From contig JAYKHS010000026.1 in assembly GCA_035285865.1 (NCBI GenBank), forward strand, positions 77,766 through 141,765: DNA of 64,000 nucleotides, written 5' to 3'. Position 1 is the first letter of the stretch. Each line of letters opens with the position of its first letter. The stretch is from Candidatus Sericytochromatia bacterium (lineage in GTDB: Bacteria > Cyanobacteriota > Sericytochromatia > S15B-MN24 > VGJW01). A program made the translations under genes and the position numbers. Positions 56,812 to 64,000 of the stretch are shown in pieces. The notes beneath the pieces are model-generated. The model ran no database searches and had not been told where the DNA came from. It saw only the letters and a program-made list of their open reading frames with translations.

Positions 56812-58749
56812 ATGCGTCGCGTCCTCATGGCTCTGGTGTCCATCCTTGCCGGGTGTGCGACGCCCGATGCGACCGGCAAGACCGTTGCCGTCACGGTGCT
56901 TTCGGGGAACACGCCCATCGGCGGATCGACCGTTCAGACCCCTGTCAGTCCGGTCGAGGTCGGGGCAGCCGCGGCTCCGGGTGTTTCATCCTCAGCGCTG
57001 ATTGCCAATGCCGCAGCTGCTCTTGTTGCCAACTCTGCCGGTTCCCTGATTGCCAACCAGGCGGCCGGCCTTTCGGGCGACGTCCGAGCCTTCAGTTCGC
57101 TCATCGCCAATGCTGCCGGGGCGCGACGGGTGCAGTCGGTCGGCGAGGAAGTGCCCCTCCAGCGGGCACTGATCTATCTCTCCGACACGCGGGAGCGCTT
57201 GTGGCTAGATCCGGACAATGGCGCCATCCTGTCGACCACATCCGATGACCTCGGCCGTTTCACATTCCCGAAGGCGCCTTCCTCCGAGGCCCTGCTGGTT
57301 CAAGCCGTGCTCTCCGGCAATCGTCGTCTTGTCGGTCACCTGGATACGCGTGGAGGCGGTGCCACGGTCTCGATTGACGTGGCGTCGACCCTGGTCACGG
57401 AGATGCTTCGCGCACGCGCCTATGCGATGGGGGCCTCGGCCAGCATCGCCACGCTGGATCCGGGCCTGTCGGCGACGCCGCGCCTGCAGCGGTTGACCCG
57501 GGAGGGCCTGCTGGCTGGCACCATCACGCTGCCCTCGTTGTCCATCAGCCAGTTGCCGGACATGGTGCGCCGCTACCTGATCGAACTCGCCACGCGGACG
57601 CCGGCGCTCAAGGAGGCGTGGGAAGACCTGCTGCGCGAGGACCTGCAGGTGGTGCATACCGTGGGTGGTGCCACACCGGGGTTTGCCGGGGATGGCGAAC
57701 CCCTCGCGAAGGCCTTGTTCAATTCGCCTCAGGATCTTCAGCGCAAGCCGGATGGCACGATCCTGATCGCGGACCTGGGGAATGACCGGATCCGGGCCAT
57801 CTCCCCCACCGGGGTCATCACGACCGTGGCCGGCGGGGGCCGCGCGTCGGATCTGGCCATCGCCTTTGCCATGGGCCTCAGCTCCAGCGAGATCGGGGAT
57901 GGTGGCCCAGCCGTCGGTGCCTTGCTGGACGATCCGCGCAGCATGGCCTGGGACGAGGCCAACAAGCGCCTGTTCATAGTCGAGTCTGCGGGACGCCGTG
58001 TGCGCATGGTCGGGTCTGATGGACGCATCTCTACGGTCATGGGTCCTGACCAGAAGCATCTGCGGCGTCCGGGACTGCTCTCGGCCCCCGAACCACCGAC
58101 GCTCGGACTGCCCTCCTTCTGCATGCTGGAGTCCAGCAGCAGTCTGCTGGTCTCCGACATCATCGGCGCGGGAATCTGGCGCCTGACCGTGCCGGCGGAG
58201 GACGCGACGCGGGCCACTTGGCGGGCGGATCGGTTTCTCGGGATCTTCGACCGCCCGACGACCTTGCCGGTGGATGGCAACCAGGCGTCCGAGTCCCCGG
58301 TCGTCGGCCCCATGCAGCTATGCAAGGATGACGCCGGCAATGTCTATGCTGCAGCCATGCTCCTCCATGTGATTCTCAAGGTGGATCCCGAGGGGCGTAT
58401 CACCCGCTTCGCGGGGCGTTACGGTGTCGACGGCGTCGCAGGTGACGGCGGTCCGGCCCGGAATGCGGCCATCGGCTATCCGGCTTCGTTGGCCTGGGAC
58501 CCCATCGGGCGGCGTCTCCTTGTGGGCAGTTCGCAGACGCCACGCATCAGGTCGATCTCGGCGGATGGCAGCCTCGTGACGACGCTGGCCGGCAAGGGTA
58601 CCGAGACCGAGGATGGTCTCGCACGTGCCAGCCGCTTGAGCGATATCTTCGGGATCCTGCCCGAGTCGGACGGTGGCCTGCTGTTCACGGACGGTGCCGG
58701 CGGCCGTCTGCGCCGTCTGGCGCCGCCCCGGGCGAAGCCGCTTCCCTGA
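56812..58749 (+). CDS. NHL-repeat (beta-propeller) lipoprotein with N-terminal 'LIAN' repeats
   Basis: Lipobox LAGC; GDGxPA...P..L...IAD.GN.RIR repeats. Confidence 0.85.
   Translation: MRRVLMALVSILAGCATPDATGKTVAVTVLSGNTPIGGSTVQTPVSPVEVGAAAAPGVSSSALIANAAAALVANSAGSLIANQAAGLSGDVRAFSSLIANAAGARRVQSVGEEVPLQRALIYLSDTRERLWLDPDNGAILSTTSDDLGRFTFPKAPSSEALLVQAVLSGNRRLVGHLDTRGGGATVSIDVASTLVTEMLRARAYAMGASASIATLDPGLSATPRLQRLTREGLLAGTITLPSLSISQLPDMVRRYLIELATRTPALKEAWEDLLREDLQVVHTVGGATPGFAGDGEPLAKALFNSPQDLQRKPDGTILIADLGNDRIRAISPTGVITTVAGGGRASDLAIAFAMGLSSSEIGDGGPAVGALLDDPRSMAWDEANKRLFIVESAGRRVRMVGSDGRISTVMGPDQKHLRRPGLLSAPEPPTLGLPSFCMLESSSSLLVSDIIGAGIWRLTVPAEDATRATWRADRFLGIFDRPTTLPVDGNQASESPVVGPMQLCKDDAGNVYAAAMLLHVILKVDPEGRITRFAGRYGVDGVAGDGGPARNAAIGYPASLAWDPIGRRLLVGSSQTPRIRSISADGSLVTTLAGKGTETEDGLARASRLSDIFGILPESDGGLLFTDGAGGRLRRLAPPRAKPLP
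56998..57120 (+). repeat. Intragenic 24-nt / 8-aa repeats (LIANAAAA LVANSAGS LIANQAAG ... LIANAAGA)
   Basis: ctgattgccaat, cttgttgccaac, ctgattgccaac and ctcatcgccaat. Confidence 0.8.
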
Positions 58750-58823
58750 ACGGCATCCGGTTCGGCACTCGGGTGCATCCTGCCTGCGTCGTGGAGGGTA
58801 TGAGATCCTCGGGGGGAATCTGA

Positions 58824-60125
58824 GTGCGCAAGGCTGATGCGGTCCGGGACAAGTCGTGGCAACCCGGCACCCGTACGAGGACGGATCAGGCCCCCGTGCC
58901 ACCGCCGCCCGACCAACCGCGTGTCGGTGGCGATCTGCGGCGTGCAAGCCAGGCTCTTGGCGAGGTCGGAGCGAAGGCGAGGACGGAGACACGGGATGAA
59001 ATTGCCCGGATGCTGCGCCGTGCGCCGGTGGAGGATGGGGCCGATCCGGCAATCGTGGCCGACCAGTATGCCGACATGGTTGCCGATGCCATCCGCCAAC
59101 CCCCTGCGGCTACCGACAGGACCATCACCCGCAATGTGGCCGATGTGACGAAGCCGGTGTCGCAGGCCTCCGAGGCAGGCAGGAAATTGACCACGGCACT
59201 GGAGAACAACGCCGGCGCCGAAGCCCGTGCACTTGCTGCATTGTCTCCGGCCCAGCAATCGGCCTACAGGCGCCTCGCCGCGGCAACGACCGGCGATGTG
59301 GCGGCTCGCCTTGGTCTTCAGGTTCTTCTTCTCGGCGATCGTCTGCCCGGTCAGGCGTCATCCGGTGGTGGTGCAGACACGCTTGCCGGCCTGGATCGGT
59401 TACTCACCAAGGCACCCCTCGCCGAGGGCATCGATCGGAACGCGCTCGTGCGTCAGTTGGTGCGGGAAATGGCAGCACCGGCAGCCATTGCCCAGAAGGG
59501 CAAGAACACCTGCACCGTGACCTCCTTGCAGATCTTCATGGCTGATCGGCGACCCTCAGAGTACGTACGCATCGTGACGGCGCTGGCCTCACCCGAAGGT
59601 GCCGCCGTGCTGACCGGCGGTCCGACCGTGCGTCGCGAGCCCGGCACGGCTGCCGATGACGGGTCGGGCCGCTCCATCTCCTCGCGCCTCTGGCAACCGG
59701 CGATGATGGAGGCGGCCAACGGTCGTGATTACGACAACGCTGCCGATAATTTCGATGGGGATCCCGAAAGGCGCGGTCTGAACGTCAGGGATATCGGACG
59801 CGTCTTCAAGGCGGTCACGGGCGACCGGGTCATCTCGCGAGATGTCAGGAGCCTACCTTTGCCCGAGCGCGAGCGCTTCTGGAAGAAGCTCTTGGGAGAC
59901 TCCCTCGGGCGCGGAGACGCCGTGCTCGTGGGCCTGGAGTGGACGTCGATCGATGCTGCGACAGGCAAGGAAAATACCAGCGGCCACAAGGTGCTGGTCA
60001 CGGGCTTCGATGCCGGCGTCGTCCACTTCACGAATCCCTGGGGCCAGGAAGAGATCATGAGCGTGCGCGACTTCACCCAGCGTCTGAAGAACCTGAACGT
60101 GCTCGTCCCCGAGAACGCTGACTGA
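58824..60125 (+). CDS. Hypothetical protein with putative papain-like cysteine peptidase domain
   Basis: AQKGKNTCTVTS, SGHKVLV and FTNPWG; paralog of 441..1637. Confidence 0.65.
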   Translation: MRKADAVRDKSWQPGTRTRTDQAPVPPPPDQPRVGGDLRRASQALGEVGAKARTETRDEIARMLRRAPVEDGADPAIVADQYADMVADAIRQPPAATDRTITRNVADVTKPVSQASEAGRKLTTALENNAGAEARALAALSPAQQSAYRRLAAATTGDVAARLGLQVLLLGDRLPGQASSGGGADTLAGLDRLLTKAPLAEGIDRNALVRQLVREMAAPAAIAQKGKNTCTVTSLQIFMADRRPSEYVRIVTALASPEGAAVLTGGPTVRREPGTAADDGSGRSISSRLWQPAMMEAANGRDYDNAADNFDGDPERRGLNVRDIGRVFKAVTGDRVISRDVRSLPLPERERFWKKLLGDSLGRGDAVLVGLEWTSIDAATGKENTSGHKVLVTGFDAGVVHFTNPWGQEEIMSVRDFTQRLKNLNVLVPENAD

Positions 60126-60192
60126 ACGGCGCGGCGGAGCAGCCGGGTCGCGCTCCAGGGCGTACCATGGCGGCACCGTCCTGGAGGATGTC

Positions 60193-61860
60193 GTGTCCGA
60201 TCTGGCCATCGCCCAAGCTGCACGCCTGTTGCCCGTGACCGAGGTCGGCGCGACACTGGGACTGGAGCCTGACGATCTCGAGCCATATGGCCGCTACAAG
60301 GCCAAGATCGCGGCGCATGTCGCGGGGCGTCTTGCCGACCGTCCGGACGGTGTCCTGGTGTTGGTCTCGGCCATCTCGCCGACGCCCGCGGGTGAAGGCA
60401 AGACGACCATGACCATCGGCCTCGGCGATGCCCTGCGGCGCGTGGGCAAGCGTGCCGTCATTGCGCTTCGCGAGCCTTCGCTGGGGCCGGCTTTCGGGGT
60501 CAAGGGCGGCGCCACCGGGGGCGGGCAAGCACAGGTCGTGCCGATGGAGGACCTCAATCTCCACATGACCGGTGACTTTCACGCCGTGACTGCCGCCAAC
60601 AACCTGCTGGCAGCGATGATTGACAATCATCTTCATCAGGGGAACGCGCTGGGACTCGATCTTCGCCGGCTGACCTTCCGGCGTGTCATGGATGTCAACG
60701 ATCGAGCACTTCGGTACGTTGTCGTGGGCTTGGGCGGTCCCGCCGACGGCGTGCCGCGCGAGGATGGCTTCATGATCACGCCGGCGTCCGAGGTCATGGC
60801 CATCTTGTGCATGGCGTCCGACCTTGCCGATCTCAAGGGCCGCTGCGCTCGGATCATCGTGGGTTTCGACCGCGCGGGCAAGTCGATCACGGCAGGGGAC
60901 CTCGGTGCGGCCGGAGCAATGGCCGCGCTGCTGCGCGATGCCGTCAAGCCCAATCTGGTCCAGACCTTGGCGCATACGCCGGCTCTGGTCCATGGGGGAC
61001 CCTTTGCCAACATCGCGCACGGGTGCAACAGCTTGCAGGCGACGCGGCTTGCCTTGAAACTGGGCGAGATCGTCGTTACCGAGGCCGGCTTCGGCGCGGA
61101 TCTCGGAGCCGAGAAATTCCTCGACATCAAGTGCCGTCTGGGTGGGCTCAATCCTGCCGCGGTTGTGCTCGTGGCCACCATCCGCTCGCTCAAGATGCAC
61201 GGGGGCGTGGGGCGGGGCGACCTGGCCCGGCCCGATCCTGATGCCTTGCGCCGGGGTGCGGCCAACTTGCGTCGCCATGTCCGCAACGTCACGCAGGTCT
61301 ATGGCCTGCCATGCGTGGTGGCGCTCAATCCTTTCCCGACCGATACCCCCGACGAGATGGCGGTTCTCGAGGAAATTGCAGCAGAGCTGGGGGTCCGGAT
61401 GGTGCGGGCGCGCGTGCACGCCGAGGGTGCGGCCGGGGGCGAGGACCTGGCCCGTGCCGTGCTGGACCTTGTCGGCGAGAACCGCCGGCACGCCTACGTT
61501 TATGAAGATGGAGACGATCTGGAGACCCGTGTTCTCAAGGTAGCCACGCGGGTGTACGGCGCCGATGGCGTTTCGTGGTCGCCCAAGGCGCGCAAGGGCC
61601 TCGCTGCGCTGGCGGACAGTCCCCTTGCCCGGGCACCTGTCTGCATCGCAAAGACCCCTTACTCCTTCTCGGACGATCCCGCCCGGCTCGGCGCACCGGA
61701 AGGCTGGTCGCTGCAGGTCGAGGACGTTCGTCCGGTGGCCGGTGCCGGTTTCGTGCTGGTGCTTGCCGGTGACATCATGACGATGCCCGGCCTGCCTGCG
61801 GTGCCGGCAGCCATCCATATCGATGTGGATTCCGATGGGCGCATCCACGGCCTCTTCTGA
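60193..61860 (+). CDS. fhs: Formate--tetrahydrofolate ligase
   Basis: PTPAGEGKTT, KGGATGGG, HGGPFANIAHGCNS, TEAGFGADLGAEKF and IMTMPGLP. Confidence 0.98.
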   Translation: MSDLAIAQAARLLPVTEVGATLGLEPDDLEPYGRYKAKIAAHVAGRLADRPDGVLVLVSAISPTPAGEGKTTMTIGLGDALRRVGKRAVIALREPSLGPAFGVKGGATGGGQAQVVPMEDLNLHMTGDFHAVTAANNLLAAMIDNHLHQGNALGLDLRRLTFRRVMDVNDRALRYVVVGLGGPADGVPREDGFMITPASEVMAILCMASDLADLKGRCARIIVGFDRAGKSITAGDLGAAGAMAALLRDAVKPNLVQTLAHTPALVHGGPFANIAHGCNSLQATRLALKLGEIVVTEAGFGADLGAEKFLDIKCRLGGLNPAAVVLVATIRSLKMHGGVGRGDLARPDPDALRRGAANLRRHVRNVTQVYGLPCVVALNPFPTDTPDEMAVLEEIAAELGVRMVRARVHAEGAAGGEDLARAVLDLVGENRRHAYVYEDGDDLETRVLKVATRVYGADGVSWSPKARKGLAALADSPLARAPVCIAKTPYSFSDDPARLGAPEGWSLQVEDVRPVAGAGFVLVLAGDIMTMPGLPAVPAAIHIDVDSDGRIHGLF

Positions 61861-63052
61861 GGGTCCCCCCCGACGTTCGGTGCTCTGGATCAGCAATGGG
61901 CACGGCGAAGACCGCATTGCCCGGGTCCTCATCGACCAGCAACCGTGGCAAGACTGGCGCCATCTGGCTTTTCCGCTCGTGGGCGAGGGCCACGCCTATG
62001 GTGAGGTGAGCGCCCCGGTCGTGGCACCCGTGCTCGCGATGCCGTCCGGCGGATTCATCCTGAGGCAACCGGGTGCGTTCGCGGGCGATGTCCGCCACGG
62101 TCTGCTGGGCCTGCTGGTGCGGCAGTTGCGCCTCCTTCGCCCTGTCGCGGCGGGTGTCGATCTGGTCATGGCCGTCGGAGACCTGCTCCCGCTGGCGTGT
62201 GCTGCCTTCACGGGACGCCCGCATGCCTTCGTCGGCTGCGCCAAGTCGGATCACTACCGGGACCCCGGGGGCGAGGACTACCTCGGGATCGAGCGATGGT
62301 TCATGGCGCGGCCAGCCTGCCTCGCGGTCTATCCCCGGGATGGCTTGACGGCCTCGAGCCTTGTGCGTCGGGGCATCCGGGCCCACGATCTCGGCAATCC
62401 GATGATGGACGATCTGCCGGTCTCGGGGCTGGATTGGCCCCATGCCCAGTCGGGACCCGTGCTGGGTCTCTTGCCCGGAAGCCGGAGTGATGCCCGGATG
62501 AATCTGGCACCGCTGCTCAAGGCAGCACGGGCCTTCCTCGAGCGGCAGTCCGATGCTCCGGCGTGGAGTGTCGCGGTGGCCGTGGCGCCGCAGATCGATC
62601 CGGCGGACCTCGTGCCGGTGGCCGAGGCAGCAGGGTGGGTGCTCCAATCGGACGGTGGGCTGCGCGCGCCGGCGGGGCAGCGCCTCGACTGGTTGGTCGG
62701 GCGCTTCGGGGACTGGATCCGCCGCGTTCGCGTGGTCTTCGGGATGGCGGGCACGGCCACCGAACAGTGTGCCGGCATGGGCGTCCCGGTGGTGACCTTT
62801 CCGGGGGAGGGCGCGCAGTTTCATCCGGACTTCGCGCGGGCGCAGGCTCGGCTGCTCGGGGAGGCCGTGCAGTTGGTCGAGACCCCCGAGCAGGCAGCAG
62901 GGCGCGCCGTGGCCTTGCTCGAGGACCAGGAGTTGCGCGCGCGGATGCGCGCGGTCGGGTTGTCGAGGATGGGAACTGCAGGGGCTGCTGCGCGCATCGC
63001 GGCCCATGCCGCTCAGCTTGCGGGCACTGGCGGTCGCGGCACCTCGATCTGA
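61835..63052 (+). CDS. Lipid-A-disaccharide synthase-related protein (cyanobacterial type)
   Basis: ISNGHGED, PLVGEG.AY, LGNPMMD, LLPGSR, MAGTATEQ and FPGEGAQF; start uncertain. Confidence 0.85.
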   Translation: MGASTASSEGPPRRSVLWISNGHGEDRIARVLIDQQPWQDWRHLAFPLVGEGHAYGEVSAPVVAPVLAMPSGGFILRQPGAFAGDVRHGLLGLLVRQLRLLRPVAAGVDLVMAVGDLLPLACAAFTGRPHAFVGCAKSDHYRDPGGEDYLGIERWFMARPACLAVYPRDGLTASSLVRRGIRAHDLGNPMMDDLPVSGLDWPHAQSGPVLGLLPGSRSDARMNLAPLLKAARAFLERQSDAPAWSVAVAVAPQIDPADLVPVAEAAGWVLQSDGGLRAPAGQRLDWLVGRFGDWIRRVRVVFGMAGTATEQCAGMGVPVVTFPGEGAQFHPDFARAQARLLGEAVQLVETPEQAAGRAVALLEDQELRARMRAVGLSRMGTAGAAARIAAHAAQLAGTGGRGTSI

Positions 63053-63657
63053 AGCGCGCCGCAGGCGAACACGATATCCCGGTTCCAGATTCGCGCACCC
63101 CAGGCAGCCTTGCGAGGCAAGGCCTTGCCCATCGCCTCGAGATCCACGTGGGCCAGTTGGAACACCAGGCGAGCGTCGGCCAGCGGGATGTCGACGGTCC
63201 AGATTCGGGCTTCCTGGCGATGGTCCCGGTCGAGGACATCGGCAATCCTCAAGATGGAAGTCCAGAGCCGCGCTGCTTCGCGAACCGGCTTCGGCACCTT
63301 CTTCATGGCTACTTCCCGGACTTTGCGATGGTTGGCGGCCAGGATGCCGACCCAATCGCGCGCCTCCGGCGACCAGCCGCCCAGCAGGCTGTCCCGTCGA
63401 ATCAGGTAGCGGCTGTGGCGATGGTGGTCGCGCTCGCCGACAAGGTGCCCGACGTCGTGCAGCAGGGCGGCGGCCACGAGCAGGTCGCGCTCCGTCCGGC
63501 TACCGTGGTGCAAGGGAGCCAGTTCGTCGAATATCTGTCCGGCGAGGTCGGCGACCTTGCGGGCGTGGCTGGTGTCGGCACCGTACTTGAGCAGGACCTC
63601 GAGGCATGTGGCCTCGAAGTCGCCAGGAATTTGAGGCGCCTGTCGGATGAACGGCAT
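63013..63657 (-). CDS. Stand-alone HD-domain protein (Ppx/GppA C-terminal-like)
   Basis: HARKVADLA..IFD, AALLHDVG, HHRHSRYLI and LRIADVLDR. Confidence 0.85.
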   Translation of the reverse strand: MPFIRQAPQIPGDFEATCLEVLLKYGADTSHARKVADLAGQIFDELAPLHHGSRTERDLLVAAALLHDVGHLVGERDHHRHSRYLIRRDSLLGGWSPEARDWVGILAANHRKVREVAMKKVPKPVREAARLWTSILRIADVLDRDHRQEARIWTVDIPLADARLVFQLAHVDLEAMGKALPRKAAWGARIWNRDIVFACGALQIEVPRPPVPAS

Positions 63658-63724
63658 GCGATCCTCTCCTCTGGTGCGGGGGCAAGGGCATCATGCCCCA
63701 CGGCCTCCGAATCACCCCCGTGTC

Positions 63725-63754
63725 AAGACAAACCCCCGATCCACGGATCGGGGG
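63725..63754 (-). terminator. Terminator of the tRNA operon
   Basis: cccccgatcc-ac-ggatcggggg followed by TTTGTCTT on the minus strand. Confidence 0.75.
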
Positions 63755-63760
63755 CTCGAG

Positions 63761-63833
63761 CGCGCCTGACAGGATTCGAACCTGTGACCTCTTGCTCCGG
63801 AGGCAAGCGCTCTATCCACTGAGCTACAGGCGC
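63761..63833 (-). tRNA. tRNA-Arg(CCG), CCA not encoded
   Basis: GCGCCTGTAGCTCAGTGGATAGAGCG-CTTGC-CTCCGGA-GCAAG...GGTTCGAATCC...CAGGCGCG. Confidence 0.96.
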
Positions 63834-63834
63834 A

Positions 63835-63911
63835 TGGGGCGGATGATGGGAATCGAACCCACGAATGGAGGATCCACAATCCTCTGCCTTAACCACTTGG
63901 CTACACCCGCC
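63835..63911 (-). tRNA. tRNA-His(GTG) with encoded G-1 and CCA
   Basis: GGCGGGTGTAGCCAAGTGGTTAAGGCA-GAGGA-TTGTGGA-TCCTC...GGTTCGATTCCC...CCGCCCCA. Confidence 0.96.
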
Positions 63912-63939
63912 ATGGGTGTGTCGTACACGTTCGCCGCGA

Positions 63940-64000
63940 TGGCGCGCCCGGCTGGATTCGAACCAGCGGCCAGCCGCTTAGAAGGCGGCTGCTCTATCCC
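63940..64000 (-). tRNA. tRNA-Arg(TCT), 5' end outside the window
   Basis: ...GATAGAGCA-GCCGC-CTTCTAA-GCGGC...GGTTCGAATCCAGCCGGGCGCGCCA. Confidence 0.93.

Noticed and set aside
63658..63760. Integrative element at the tRNA 3' end
   Set aside because: No integrase, and no duplicated tRNA 3' end seen in the window.
1..64000. CRISPR arrays, IS elements, prophage or defence systems
   Set aside because: No repeat-spacer arrays, transposase, cas or phage structural motifs were recognised.

Overview
High-GC bacterial chromosomal window with about 62 CDS, one pseudogene and three tRNAs. I found no CRISPR array, IS element, integrase, reverse transcriptase or prophage genes. The organism is a diderm (secretin, FlgH/FlgI, OmpH, lipoproteins). 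A cyanobacterial-type lipid-A-disaccharide-synthase-related gene, 8-aa 'LIAN' repeats in a lipoprotein and the presence of flagellar genes suggest a non-photosynthetic relative of Cyanobacteria such as Ca. Sericytochromatia; this is inference only. The core is a back-to-back appendage supercluster. A type IVa pilus operon (pilA, ABC ATPase, permease, TPR-like protein, pilD, pilMNOPQ) runs on the minus strand. A divergent flagellar basal-body cluster (fliK-like, flhB-C-like, flgF, flgG, flgA, flgH, flgI, flgJ, fliA, flgB, then flgC, fliE, fliF, flhA) runs on the plus strand. The flagellar cluster is atypical: FliF carries a fused FliG middle domain with no FliG torque domain, the sigma-28 lacks its sigma-3 domain, and a terminator separates flgB from flgC. 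It may encode a modified or non-rotary flagellum-derived export machine. Other notable items are two Flp pilins beside pilT with an amphipathic small protein, two papain-fold Cys-His-Asn paralogs without signal peptides, a tandem pair of novel secreted beta-rich proteins, a DGR-target-like CLec lipoprotein, an RGPP-motif ORF before a SulP pseudogene, a di-heme cytochrome c-rhodanese fusion, and many apparently leaderless genes (TANNNT-N6/7-ATG). Housekeeping genes include serS, def, clpB, aroC, aroQ, fhs and a DinG-family helicase.
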